From assembly GCF_024223415.1 (NCBI RefSeq), contig NZ_CP100500.1: 64,000 nucleotides of DNA; one strand, 5' to 3'. Positions 1 to 9,616 of this stretch are shown piece by piece. Source of the DNA: Escherichia coli. GTDB taxonomy: Bacteria; Pseudomonadota; Gammaproteobacteria; Enterobacterales; Enterobacteriaceae. The translations under genes were made by a program, and so were the position numbers. The first letter of the stretch is position 1. Each line of letters starts with the position of its first letter. Under the pieces are notes generated by a model, which did no database searches, was not told the DNA's origin, and saw nothing but the letters and a program-made list of their open reading frames with translations.

Positions 1-1062
1 CCCAGCCAGTCTTGCCATATACTCTGCATTTTTAGCAGCATATTCTCTGAAGTCTCTTAAAGGCCCCAGAACCGCCATCTTCGATTCCACATCGTTGTAA
101 TAGTCCGTCCAGATTCTGGCTGCCTGAGGAGAAAAGTGAAGGCAACGTCGCTCTCCCCTCATAGCCAGGCTTTCATCAATAAGTTCATTGATCCTCTTGT
201 CAAATAACTCCTGATACTGTGATGAATAATTATCTCCGGTTATTATCCTTGTCCCCTGCGTTGATGTTGGTTGACACATCAAAAACCGTGCATGATGTCC
301 TGATGTCTTCACCAGTTCTTTTTTTCGTGTACAAAAACCTTTGTGGTAAACATCAGGCTGAATCATCACCGATATCGTCAGTCTTGGGTCCTTCAAAAAA
401 ATCCCGGGAGATGATTTCCTGTCGATGAAAAGGGAACTACCATCCCATAAAGAGTTAAGTATTCCCAGTTTGCTCATTGCCCGGCTGTCAAAAATCACCC
501 CGCCCTCACTGGATACAAGAGCAAAAGAGCGATTGCTGTCGGAATAATATTTAAACATTCCCTCTGTCGTCGTATCATTAAAAATTGTCCGATTTATCTG
601 CGGTGGAACAGGACAACTATTCAGATGCATTCTGAGCTCTGATTCTGTTGCTTCATACTCTTTACCGGCACGAATCTCTTTATGAAGTTTTGACTCCAGT
701 GCCTTTTGTTTTTGCTCCCATATTTCCTTTTCTGCACTGTAATTCTCAACCAGTTTCGCATATTCTTCCGCAAGAGTTTCATCCCTGAGATAAAATGCTT
801 TCATAAAAACTTTATCCACGGTCGTTTTCCTTTCGCCGGAATCAGCCAGAATCATAGCGTAAAGATTAGAGGGGCCACGTAAATTACCAGGTCTGCACAC
901 ATCAATCTGATTCTGACAGGCAACTGACACCGCTGTTAATGCTGCTGTTGCAACCAGAGCCCCGGGCGCCTGTGTATTTTGCTGAGTTTCAATTATTGCA
1001 TTTCTCACCAGAGATGTTAATGCATTTATCGGAAAAGGGGCTTCCTGTTCAAGTAAGGACAT
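1..1062 (-). CDS. DUF3987/YfjI-like protein of a P4/CP4-57-type integrative element; 3' end lies beyond the window start
   Basis: Manual reverse translation from ATG (rc of 1060-1062, GAGGT Shine-Dalgarno upstream) is stop-free to position 1; N-terminus MSLLEQEAPFPINALTSLVRNAII. Absent from the ORF track because it has no in-window stop. Family assignment from memory of CP4-57 yfjI. Confidence 0.5.
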   Translation of the reverse strand, partial: MSLLEQEAPFPINALTSLVRNAIIETQQNTQAPGALVATAALTAVSVACQNQIDVCRPGNLRGPSNLYAMILADSGERKTTVDKVFMKAFYLRDETLAEEYAKLVENYSAEKEIWEQKQKALESKLHKEIRAGKEYEATESELRMHLNSCPVPPQINRTIFNDTTTEGMFKYYSDSNRSFALVSSEGGVIFDSRAMSKLGILNSLWDGSSLFIDRKSSPGIFLKDPRLTISVMIQPDVYHKGFCTRKKELVKTSGHHARFLMCQPTSTQGTRIITGDNYSSQYQELFDKRINELIDESLAMRGERRCLHFSPQAARIWTDYYNDVESKMAVLGPLRDFREYAAKNAEYMARLAG

Positions 1063-1321
1063 AAATACCTCAATTTTAGTTAATAAATCAGTAAAGTAGC
1101 AGATATTCCCGCTATAATAGCCAAAATAGCTGCTATGCATAGCCGATATGTTCTGAAAAATACAGTAATCGGGCATACCTGATGTTGAACAAAACGATAA
1201 GGTTGATTCAATTCAGCCTGTATTATTAGCTACGTAACATCATTCACATTGCTCACTCCTGACATCTTCTGATGATTATTTCAACGACGCCTTATTCATG
1301 GTCGTTTTCCTTTTTCATGAA

Positions 1322-1543
1322 TCAAAAAACAACCATAGTGTAAATATTCATGGGTTCACGAAAATTATCTAATCTGCACACATTAGTCAGATCCTGACGG
1401 GAAATTGACATATCTGTTAATACTGGCATTGCCATCAGAGTCAGAGGTACTTGTTTATTATATTGAGCTTTAATCATTGCCTTTCCCATCATTAATGATC
1501 GCGCATATACTGAATACGGCGTATCCGGTTTTATGTAAGACAT
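1322..1543 (-). pseudogene. Truncated degenerate duplicate of the 5' end of the DUF3987-like gene
   Basis: 73-aa ORF; protein and DNA at about 1290-1620 parallel 810-1140 (QVPLTLMAMPVLTDMSISRQDLTNVCRLDNFREP versus QAPGALVATAALTAVSVACQNQIDVCRPGNLRGP). Confidence 0.4.
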
Positions 1544-1718
1544 AAATGCTTCCTTTGTCGTAATGCGTGTCGGTTATAGCAGCAATTACCGCTACAATAG
1601 CGACAATAGCTGCTCTTTCAACAATGAATGCTGGAAATTCTGTTTATCAATTAAACTTCTGGCTAAATTATTCTTATGCTTCTTTTTCCTCCTGAGGTGA
1701 TCACGTGATGACAAAAAC

Positions 1719-2015
1719 TTATCTGCTCATGGTCATATCTGAAGAAAGCGTATGTCGCACTTCGTCATTAACACCTTTTACTGCTGATCTGGCTGGTACA
1801 GTATGTAAAGTAAGCCATTCGTCAATAGCTGATGAACGCCAGCCCACAGAACCACTACCAAGACGTACCGGCCTTGGGAAGGTTGCATCGTAATATTTCG
1901 ATAACGGATTCATTTTTTCGTAAATTGTCGAACGAGATATACCTAACAATTGGCTCAGTTCAGGCATCCGTAAGATGCGTGAAGGAGTCCAGCAGTGTCC
2001 GGATTGATCTGGCAT
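1719..2015 (-). CDS. AlpA-family (prophage CP4-57 type) transcriptional regulator
   Basis: Motif ILRMPELSQLLGISRSTIYEKMNP...YDATFPRPVRLGSGSVGWRSSAIDEWL matches the AlpA helix-turn-helix pattern; start trimmed to the internal Met (MPDQ) of track ORF 1719..2114. Confidence 0.6.
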   Translation of the reverse strand: MPDQSGHCWTPSRILRMPELSQLLGISRSTIYEKMNPLSKYYDATFPRPVRLGSGSVGWRSSAIDEWLTLHTVPARSAVKGVNDEVRHTLSSDMTMSR

Positions 2016-2237
2016 TTTATCCCCCTTAGTGTGGTGAACTGTCGTTACAGTTTGTATTCCTCGGGTAAATTTTTCTGCGTAAAAAAATGGGTTGAGCAAA
2101 AAGACAATAAACAACTAAAAATCAATATGATAGGAAACAACAGCATTATTGTTATTTTACTTTTCCCTTATCGCTGTCGATTCTCATTATCATTCATGGC
2201 AAAAAAACAGTAAAAGAGGCCCTAGTAATGACTCCGG

Positions 2238-2630
2238 TCAGTAGTACATGTGCTTCGATAAATGAACCAATGGCTTTTCGTTAATTTCCACGGAGCGTGA
2301 AAAGCAAATCGTTTTCAGGGATGGGAGTTTGATGTGAGTACGAAGTATCAGATTGTTGCGCTCAATGCGCCGGGTAAATATCCTGCCGACAGGATGCTTA
2401 TCCTGTGGTACTTCTCTGGTATAACTGCACCAGTTTTCACTGGTTATCATGCCTGAGGAGAATGGCTTCAGAAGTTCCGGCAACTCACTACATGTTTCAT
2501 CAGTACGAGGACCAAAAGTGTAAGCCCGCACACCGCCAGATTTGGTGTTATACGCATACCAGAGCCAGTGCTGACGAGCTTTGTTTCCGACAAAGCTCCA
2601 TTGTTCATCAAGTTCGCATATAAGCGCCAC
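2238..2630 (-). CDS. insB: IS1-family InsB-like transposase ORF
   Basis: MALICELDEQWSFVGNKARQHWLWYAYNTK...TRRIERNNLILRTH aligns with IS1 InsB ([23 protein letters not shown]...TQRIERHNLNLRQH); the frame continues upstream of the first Met. Confidence 0.6.
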   Translation of the reverse strand: MALICELDEQWSFVGNKARQHWLWYAYNTKSGGVRAYTFGPRTDETCSELPELLKPFSSGMITSENWCSYTREVPQDKHPVGRIFTRRIERNNLILRTHIKLPSLKTICFSRSVEINEKPLVHLSKHMYY

Positions 2631-2659
2631 ATCGGCACTGGCGACTGGAGATGTGGTTA

Positions 2660-2916
2660 CTTTGCATGGTGAGCGTTTTTTAAAGTGCGAATGACTGTGT
2701 TGATACCCACCTTCAGTGTTCTGGAGGTATCGCGAACCCCGGTTCCGTTATGAGCCATTTCAACGATTTGCTCTTTAACACTTGGTTTTCGGGCTTCGCA
2801 GGTGTAATTCAGTTGAAATACACGTTTGCAGGAGCGGCACTGGAAACAGTGCTGTGACCGTGACGGTACACTTTATCGGAATTACAGCGGGGACAATGTA
2901 CGGTAACTGTTGCCAT
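2660..2916 (-). pseudogene. insA: IS1-family InsA-like ORF with an apparent frameshift in the N-terminal zinc-finger region
   Basis: Reverse translation gives MATVTVHCPRCNSDKVYRHGHSTV then a stop; another frame continues QHCFQCRSCKRVFQLNYT...VEMAHNGTGVRDTSRTLKVGINTVIRTLKN, which is InsA-like. Confidence 0.45.
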
Positions 2917-3111
2917 ATGGACTCCGGATACCAACAGAATACCCCATTAATCTGCCCCCGGAAGTCATCCCGGTGCCTTCTGACATAATCTGTTAATACA
3001 TGAATTATTGCCCTGTTCAGAAAATATTAATTAAAAAATGAAAACCAGTTAACAGAAAAGCCACATGACATAATGTTAAAATTTTATATCGTGCAATAAA
3101 AGGAGAATGTT

Positions 3112-4938
3112 ATGTACAATTTTATCACTATAATGTATGATGTCTTTTCATGTTTTGGTGTTCTGGCTAAAAACCAGAATATCCGTGACATCCGAAATAT
3201 TAAAAACTTTTCCTCACATCAACATTCACTGGCCGACATGTTTGATGAATTAACATACATTATTGACAAAGAACAGGTACTGAGCACAGAACAACGAAAA
3301 GTTATATTCAGGAGATATGAAGATCTGTATGTTAAACTCATGCACTATTCTGTTTTTACAGACAAAACACATCAAATAATAAAACAAAAATATTTTAATG
3401 ATGTTGTTCCAATGATTCTCGCGCTCGACATCAGGAACACATATCGCCCGGATAATGAGATGGCATTTTACTATCATATCCATTCTTTTCTCACTCAGAT
3501 ACCGGATAATGAGGATGATATATATCATGCTGTAAGGACATATATGAGAAATTATGTTAAGTTATGTTTATCCGGATACACACCAACGAATGCGCATTTC
3601 AAAAATATCTTTGATGGAGTATATGAATTCATTCGTAATATTCGCAAAAACAGTACACCCGGAAAAACAAAACTTATTGCAGCTATCAACATATGCAAAG
3701 AAGCCTGTAAATATCTGCTTTGTTTAAGTGATAAAGACAAGGAAATAATATTTTCCGACTTAGATAAAATTCAGGTTGCATGTTATTCTCTCACTATATT
3801 ACTGGCTTTCGAAAGACGAACATCATTAACAAGTAACCTGGCAACTTTATATAAAATGCTGATAAACGAAAGAGAAGTTTCAGAATATGAATGTCAGCAA
3901 TTATATTTAATCAACCCAATAGATGTAATGAATATACTGAACAAATACATATATTACTTCCCTGGTGAGAATTCACCTCTTTATACACTGAAAATTGACA
4001 GTGCATTATCGTGGGATGCCATTGATGCAATACGAGACTATAGTATTTCTGATATTTATCTTTATCCTGAACAAAAAACAATAAATTGTATCGTTGAGAT
4101 TGAAAACATTGTCTTTGGCGGTTACATTTATACATTGAGCGACGGCGTCACATTACAAAATATGGAAAACACTTTAAAAGATTCCTCATGTCATTATGTA
4201 TTAAATGGCTATACAGAATTTGTTAACTGTTTAAGACAACTTACTTCAGGAAAGACTGAAAGTGTTCAGCGTACCATTAATAAACTGGAGTACGAAAAAT
4301 TACCTTTTGGATTTATCATTGCCGCGTTTGCTATATTAAAAATAGCATTTAAGATAAAGTTCAGTAAAAATCATGTAAATACCAGGGCATTATTAAATGA
4401 CATCAGTTATTTTATGACTTATCAGGGCGAGTCCATTAATCTTATTTCACTGGATCATGAATATCCAGAGTTCCGTCTTCAAAATGACACAAATACATAT
4501 TTATTGGGAAGGATGATATTTCTATATAACTCAATGATCTATAAATTCAGAAACTGCCAGGAACATGAAACCAATAACATTAACTCAGTTATGATAAATA
4601 ACCTATTACAGGAAGTTGATATAGCCCTTGGTAAAATAAATGACATTATAGACAGCAGAAACATATCAGTCCCCCATGAACTGGCAAATATTCTTATCCA
4701 CGAAAAAATACTTACAACACGTGAAAAAAAAGGAAACCTGATAAGCCTGTTTGATGGATTCACTTTATTCCATTGTGTTGGAATGATAACCTTTCTTATC
4801 CATTACCTCAGAACTCCTGAAGAAAAAGTAGAAAATGTATTTATGTTATATGGTGCAGATAAAAACAATAAACTACGCAGAAGACTGATTTATGATGCAC
4901 TAGAAATAATTCAGTCTCAGCAGGAGATGAAACCTTAA
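3112..4938 (+). CDS. Hypothetical 608-aa protein; AT-rich orphan cargo gene with no recognisable motif
   Basis: Long ORF with canonical AAGGAG Shine-Dalgarno 8 nt upstream of the ATG; AT-rich composition; no P-loop, HEPN, nuclease or transmembrane signature seen by eye. Confidence 0.8.
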   Translation: MYNFITIMYDVFSCFGVLAKNQNIRDIRNIKNFSSHQHSLADMFDELTYIIDKEQVLSTEQRKVIFRRYEDLYVKLMHYSVFTDKTHQIIKQKYFNDVVPMILALDIRNTYRPDNEMAFYYHIHSFLTQIPDNEDDIYHAVRTYMRNYVKLCLSGYTPTNAHFKNIFDGVYEFIRNIRKNSTPGKTKLIAAINICKEACKYLLCLSDKDKEIIFSDLDKIQVACYSLTILLAFERRTSLTSNLATLYKMLINEREVSEYECQQLYLINPIDVMNILNKYIYYFPGENSPLYTLKIDSALSWDAIDAIRDYSISDIYLYPEQKTINCIVEIENIVFGGYIYTLSDGVTLQNMENTLKDSSCHYVLNGYTEFVNCLRQLTSGKTESVQRTINKLEYEKLPFGFIIAAFAILKIAFKIKFSKNHVNTRALLNDISYFMTYQGESINLISLDHEYPEFRLQNDTNTYLLGRMIFLYNSMIYKFRNCQEHETNNINSVMINNLLQEVDIALGKINDIIDSRNISVPHELANILIHEKILTTREKKGNLISLFDGFTLFHCVGMITFLIHYLRTPEEKVENVFMLYGADKNNKLRRRLIYDALEIIQSQQEMKP

Positions 4939-4961
4939 ACAGGAAAATTATTTTTTATAAA

Positions 4962-4986
4962 CAGGGGATTATTGAGTAATCCCCTG
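4962..4986. terminator. Hairpin between the convergent 608-aa gene and int
   Basis: Inverted repeat CAGGGGA...TCCCCTG flanked by A/T runs. Confidence 0.35.
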
Positions 4987-5122
4987 CTCATCAAAACCCA
5001 CTTTCCTGACAATCTGATAACTATCAGCTCAATACATTTGACATAAAAGAGATCCCTTAATTATTACCGTTACGGTCACAATCACATATCAAATCATGAT
5101 TGTACAATATACATTTTCACTA

Positions 5123-6325
5123 TTATTTATTCATAATCTGAGACATCACATAATCCGCCCATGCCTGCATCATCGGTACACGCTGCTCCAGTAGATCAGT
5201 ACGATGATATGCCGCCTCAACCTTATTTTTCAGCGTATGAGCGAGCGCCCTTTCAGCCAGATCCCGCGAATACCCCTGCTCACTACACCAGTCCCTGAAT
5301 GTTGAACGAAAACCATGTGCCGTGGCGACTCGCCCCGGAATATCACTGACGGCTTTCTTTTTACGCAGAAAACTGGTCAACACCATATCTGAAAGGATCT
5401 GCTGCTTTCTGGGTGAAGGAAACACCAGTTCATCATGCAGACCACGTATATTTTCCAGAATGTAAATAGCCTGTCGGGATAAAGGAACACGATGCTGTAC
5501 CCTGGCTTTCATTCTTTCTGCTGGTATCGTCCATATCTGCTTATGAAAATCAATTTCAGTCCAGCGCATTCCCCTGGCTTCACCCGAGCGGGTTGCTGTA
5601 AGTATCACCATTAATAACAATGCGCGGGTAACATTATAGGGTTCATCGGTATACACACTGGTCGCCACAAAAAGCGGTAACTGCCTCCATGGCATTGCGG
5701 GTTGGTGTTCATCACGTCCTCTTGTCTGCTGGGGAAGCAAATGATCAACCACATCCACAGGATTTGCCACACAAAAACCATGTGCCCATCCCCACTGCAT
5801 AACAACATGAATGCGCTGTTTAACCCGGCTTGCCGTTTCTGACAAAGTTAACCAGACTGGCCGCAGTGTTTCTGCCACGTCCGCAGCCGTAATCGAATCC
5901 AGCGTTTTCGCTCCCAGTTGAGGAAAGGCGTAATTCTCAAGCGTCGATAACCACTGCCGGACATGCTTTGGATTTTCCCATCCAGGAGACAGTTCTGCAT
6001 GTACACGTCTGGCTGCATCGGCAAATGTTGGGATAACAACTTTTTCAGCCTCAGCCTTTTTAATCTCCAGAGGATCATCACCAGCAGCAAGTTGCTCTCG
6101 CATTATCCGGGCAGTACGTGCAGCTTCAGCAATGCTGATCTCAGGGTAAGTTCCCAATCCAGCATTACGCCTTTTTTGTGTCACCGGACTTACATAACGA
6201 AAAACCCATTTACCCCGACCCTTTACTGAAGAAGGATGAAGGGTCAGTCCTGTAATTCCCCCATGGGGCAATGGTTTGTCATCAGGTTTGATATGCCTTG
6301 CTTTCGTATCCGTCAATACTGCCAT
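5123..6325 (-). CDS. int: Tyrosine integrase, P4/CP4-57 family
   Basis: 400 aa; C-terminal catalytic region HGFRSTFRDWCSEQGYSRDLAERALAHTLKNKVEAAYHRTDLLEQR is typical of P4-like integrases. Confidence 0.9.
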   Translation of the reverse strand: MAVLTDTKARHIKPDDKPLPHGGITGLTLHPSSVKGRGKWVFRYVSPVTQKRRNAGLGTYPEISIAEAARTARIMREQLAAGDDPLEIKKAEAEKVVIPTFADAARRVHAELSPGWENPKHVRQWLSTLENYAFPQLGAKTLDSITAADVAETLRPVWLTLSETASRVKQRIHVVMQWGWAHGFCVANPVDVVDHLLPQQTRGRDEHQPAMPWRQLPLFVATSVYTDEPYNVTRALLLMVILTATRSGEARGMRWTEIDFHKQIWTIPAERMKARVQHRVPLSRQAIYILENIRGLHDELVFPSPRKQQILSDMVLTSFLRKKKAVSDIPGRVATAHGFRSTFRDWCSEQGYSRDLAERALAHTLKNKVEAAYHRTDLLEQRVPMMQAWADYVMSQIMNK

Positions 6326-6343
6326 ACGCTAATTCCTGTTACT

Positions 6344-6367
6344 CTGGTATGCCATCTGGTATGCCAT
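6344..6367. repeat. Tandem direct repeat CTGGTATGCCAT x2 just upstream of the int start; candidate arm-type integrase site
   Basis: Two perfect adjacent 12-bp copies 19-44 bp upstream of the int ATG. Confidence 0.4.
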
Positions 6368-6482
6368 TATCTTCACGCTTCAGTCAGAATACAGTAGATG
6401 ACATCAGACAGTAAAATATGCAATATACTGTTTATAATCAAATTTTATGACACAACAGGACTCATTCAGATTCATTTCAGGC

Positions 6483-6499
6483 GGTCCCCCTCACCGCCA
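6483..6499 (+). other. tRNA 3'-end-like sequence (CCCCTCACCGCCA); candidate att core or host serW 3' remnant at the island boundary
   Basis: Resembles a tRNA-Ser acceptor/CCA end but no complete tRNA (no T-arm) precedes it; followed by an intrinsic terminator. Confidence 0.35.
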
Positions 6500-6510
6500 T
6501 ATTTAAAGAA

Positions 6511-6541
6511 GAGCTCGTACGAAAGTGCGAGCTTTTTTTTT
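6511..6541 (+). terminator. Rho-independent terminator
   Basis: AGCTCG-loop-CGAGCT stem followed by a T9 run. Confidence 0.6.
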
Positions 6542-6543
6542 CG

Positions 6544-6692
6544 CATTTTATCTGCCTGTACGGCAGTGAACATGGTGGGCGGGTGGAGTATGTTACCAGT
6601 GAATTTCTAAGCTGCCTGTACGGCAGTGAACGTTTGCTGCAACCGCTAGCCAAGACGGTAGGTTTTTCTAAGCTGCCTGTACGGCAGTGAAC
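6544..6692 (-). CRISPR. Orphan type I-F CRISPR mini-array: 3 repeats, 2 spacers, no cas genes in the window
   Basis: Minus-strand repeat GTTCACTGCCGTACAGGCAGCTTAGAAA (the E. coli I-F repeat) at 6604-6631 and 6665-6692 plus a degenerate terminal copy at 6544-6571; spacers of 32-33 nt. Confidence 0.85.
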
Positions 6693-6842
6693 TCAAATAC
6701 TACACGTTTAGCCCGTTGTTAATAAAGCAAAACCATCCCATTCTCCTGCAGCACCCTTTTTTATCCTTACCTTCCAGCAGCACTAATTATCAACAACTTA
6801 CCTTCACCTCCAAAAATAGGGTTTTCACCGTTCCACCCCATA

Positions 6843-6879
6843 AATAAAAAGTCCGTAACCTCTTTCGAGATTACGGACT
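6843..6879 (-). terminator. clpA transcription terminator
   Basis: Stem AGTCCGTAA / TTACGGACT followed on the minus strand by a T-run, about 25 bp past the clpA stop. Confidence 0.6.
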
Positions 6880-6903
6880 TCACCAACCTACCTGACAATC
6901 AGA

Positions 6904-9180
6904 TTAATGCGCTGCTTCCGCCTTGTGCTTTTGTGCACTCTGAAATCCGTAAGTCAGCTCATTTTTCTCTTTATCCAGCGCGACGGTGACCTGACCGCCG
7001 TCCACCAGCGAACCAAACAGCAGTTCGTTGGCAAGCGGTTTTTTCAGGTTGTCCTGGATGACACGCGCCATCGGACGAGCGCCCATTGCCCGGTCGTAAC
7101 CTTTCTCGGCCAGCCAGTTACGCGCTTCCTGGCTCACTTCCAGAGAAACACCTTTCTGATCCAGCTGAACCTGCAACTCGACGATGAATTTATCCACCAC
7201 CTGATGGATCACGTCAGTTGACAGATGATCGAACCAGATAATGTTGTCGAGACGGTTACGGAATTCCGGTGTAAAGATCTTCTTGATCTCTTCCATCGCA
7301 TCGGTGCTGTTATCCTGGTGGATAAGACCAATGGATTTGCGCTCAGTTTCCCGTACCCCGGCGTTAGTGGTCATCACCAGTACCACGTTACGGAAGTCCG
7401 CTTTGCGTCCGTTGTTATCGGTCAGCGTACCGTTGTCCATCACCTGCAACAGAATATTGAACACGTCCGGATGCGCTTTCTCGATTTCGTCCAGCAGCAG
7501 CACCGCATGTGGATGCTTGATGACCGCATCAGTCAGCAAACCGCCCTGATCAAAACCAACGTATCCCGGAGGCGCACCAATCAGACGGCTGACGGTATGG
7601 CGTTCCATATACTCGGACATATCAAAGCGCAGAAGCTCAATGCCCAAAGCTTTCGAAAGCTGTACCGTCACCTCTGTTTTCCCGACCCCGGTAGGACCGG
7701 CAAACAGGAACGAACCGACCGGTTTATGTTCGTGACCTAAACCTGCACGCGCCATCTTAATGGCTTCAGTCAGCGCCTCAATGGCTTTATCCTGACCGAA
7801 GACCAGCATTTTCAGGCGATCGCCGAGGTTTTTCAGGGTATCGCGGTCACTCTGAGAAACACTCTTCTCTGGAATGCGTGCAATACGGGCCACCACGGAC
7901 TCAATATCCGCCACATTAACGGTTTTCTTGCGTTTGCTTACCGGCATCAGGCGTGCGCGAGCGCCCGCTTCGTCGATAACATCAATCGCTTTATCCGGCA
8001 GATGACGATCGTTAATGTATTTCACCGCCAGCTCTACCGCCGCACGCACCGCTTTTGCGGTATAACGCACGTCGTGGTGCGCTTCATACTTCGGTTTCAG
8101 GCCATTGATGATTTGAACAGTTTCTTCGATCGACGGTTCAGTAATATCAATTTTCTGGAAGCGACGCGCCAGAGCACGGTCTTTCTCGAAAATGTTGCTG
8201 AACTCCTGATAGGTTGTCGAACCAATTACGCGAATTTTACCGCTGGAGAGCAACGGTTTGATTAGGTTAGCCGCATCGACCTGACCACCAGACGCTGCAC
8301 CCGCACCGATAATGGTGTGGATCTCATCAATAAACAGGATGCTGTTAGTGTCCTGCTCCAGCTGCTTGAGCAACGCTTTAAAACGTTTTTCAAAGTCGCC
8401 GCGATATTTTGTGCCCGCTAACAGAGAACCGATATCGAGAGAGTAAATCGTACAGTCAGCCATCACTTCCGGCACATCGCCCTGAACAATTCGCCAGGCA
8501 AGACCTTCTGCAATCGCGGTTTTACCGACACCAGATTCCCCCACTAGCAGCGGGTTGTTTTTACGGCGACGGCAGAGAACCTGAATAGCACGCTCCAGCT
8601 CCTTCTCACGACCAATCAGTGGGTCGATTCCGCCCACGCGCGCAAGCTGATTCAGGTTCGTCGTGAAATTCTCCATACGTTCCTCCCCACCAGCTTGTTC
8701 TTCGCTGTTTGGCTGGCTGCCAGGATCAGAAGACTGTGTCGGCTCGTCTTTACGCGTGCCATGAGAGATAAAGTTCACCACATCGAGACGGCTGACTTCA
8801 TGTTTACGCAACAGATATGCCGCCTGCGACTCCTGTTCGCTAAAGATAGCGACCAGAACGTTTGCACCGGTAACCTCATTGCGACCGGAGGACTGGACAT
8901 GGAAGACCGCACGTTGCAGTACACGCTGAAAACTCAGCGTCGGCTGTGTGTCGCGCTCCTCTTCACTGGCAGGCAGAACGGGTGTGGTTTGTTCAATAAA
9001 GGCTTCCAGTTCCTGACGGAGCGCAACCAAATCCACAGAACACGCTTCCAGCGCCTCCCGGGCAGATGGGTTACTGAGCAGCGCCAGTAACAAGTGCTCG
9101 ACGGTCATAAACTCATGACGGTGCTCGCGCGCTCTGGCGAAAGCCATATTTAAACTGAGTTCCAGTTCTTGATTGAGCAT
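6904..9180 (-). CDS. clpA: ATP-dependent Clp protease ATP-binding subunit ClpA
   Basis: Product begins [35 protein letters not shown] and carries two AAA+ Walker A motifs ([16 protein letters not shown]); start trimmed from the track ORF. Confidence 0.95.
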   Translation of the reverse strand: MLNQELELSLNMAFARAREHRHEFMTVEHLLLALLSNPSAREALEACSVDLVALRQELEAFIEQTTPVLPASEEERDTQPTLSFQRVLQRAVFHVQSSGRNEVTGANVLVAIFSEQESQAAYLLRKHEVSRLDVVNFISHGTRKDEPTQSSDPGSQPNSEEQAGGEERMENFTTNLNQLARVGGIDPLIGREKELERAIQVLCRRRKNNPLLVGESGVGKTAIAEGLAWRIVQGDVPEVMADCTIYSLDIGSLLAGTKYRGDFEKRFKALLKQLEQDTNSILFIDEIHTIIGAGAASGGQVDAANLIKPLLSSGKIRVIGSTTYQEFSNIFEKDRALARRFQKIDITEPSIEETVQIINGLKPKYEAHHDVRYTAKAVRAAVELAVKYINDRHLPDKAIDVIDEAGARARLMPVSKRKKTVNVADIESVVARIARIPEKSVSQSDRDTLKNLGDRLKMLVFGQDKAIEALTEAIKMARAGLGHEHKPVGSFLFAGPTGVGKTEVTVQLSKALGIELLRFDMSEYMERHTVSRLIGAPPGYVGFDQGGLLTDAVIKHPHAVLLLDEIEKAHPDVFNILLQVMDNGTLTDNNGRKADFRNVVLVMTTNAGVRETERKSIGLIHQDNSTDAMEEIKKIFTPEFRNRLDNIIWFDHLSTDVIHQVVDKFIVELQVQLDQKGVSLEVSQEARNWLAEKGYDRAMGARPMARVIQDNLKKPLANELLFGSLVDGGQVTVALDKEKNELTYGFQSAQKHKAEAAH

Positions 9181-9210
9181 AGGCACCTCCCCCAATTTTT
9201 ATGCCTGCAT

Positions 9211-9531
9211 TCAGGCTTTTTCTAGCGTACACAGCAATGGATGCTCATTCTCCCTCGCGTACTTGTTCACCATCGCCACTTTGGTTTCTGCAACCTCGGC
9301 GGTAAAGACTCCGCAAATGGCCTTCCCCTGGTAGTGAACAGCGAGCATCAATTGCGTTGCACGTTCTACATCATAAGAAAAGAATTTTTGTAACACGTCA
9401 ATAACAAACTCCATCGGAGTGTAATCATCATTGACTAATATCACTTTATACATAGATGGCGGTTTTAGCGCGTCGCGAACTTTTTCTTCCGCCAGTTGAT
9501 CAAAGTCCAGCCAGTCGTTCGTTTTACCCAT
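9211..9531 (-). CDS. clpS: ClpS adaptor protein
   Basis: 106 aa, [47 protein letters not shown], directly upstream of clpA. Confidence 0.95.
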
Positions 9532-9616
9532 TGTCAGTTATCATCTTCGGTTACGGTTATCGGCAGAACGCCCTGCCGCTGACAAGAGCTTATTTGCCTG
9601 ACCAATCTACTCCACA

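Larger units (their letters stand above)
2224..2975 (-). mobile_element. IS1-family insertion sequence (divergent iso-IS1), probably defective
   Basis: InsA-like and InsB-like ORFs in IS1 order and spacing; terminal sequence GGAGTCATTAC at about 2224-2237 resembles the IS1 inverted repeat; left end only approximate. Confidence 0.55.

Noticed and set aside
219-428. Plus-strand 69-aa ORF
   Set aside because: It lies antisense inside the stop-free DUF3987-like gene, which has a good start and ribosome-binding site.
4962-4986. Strong intrinsic terminator for the 608-aa gene
   Set aside because: The hairpin is present but not followed by a clear T-run on either strand; kept only as a low-confidence feature.
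6400-6499. Possible intact tRNA-Ser (serW) gene at the island boundary
   Set aside because: Only the acceptor/CCA-like 3' end is present; no T-arm or 5' acceptor strand precedes it, so it is a 3' fragment or att core, not a complete tRNA.
6907-9090. Several plus-strand ORFs (104-171 aa) inside clpA
   Set aside because: They are antisense to the unambiguous clpA coding sequence; similar antisense ORFs inside macB, hcp, poxB, the pot and art genes and the integrases were discarded for the same reason.
6544-9195. cas genes associated with the I-F repeats
   Set aside because: No Cas1, Cas3 or Csy-like ORFs occur anywhere in the window; the flank is clpA and an integrase, so the array is orphan.
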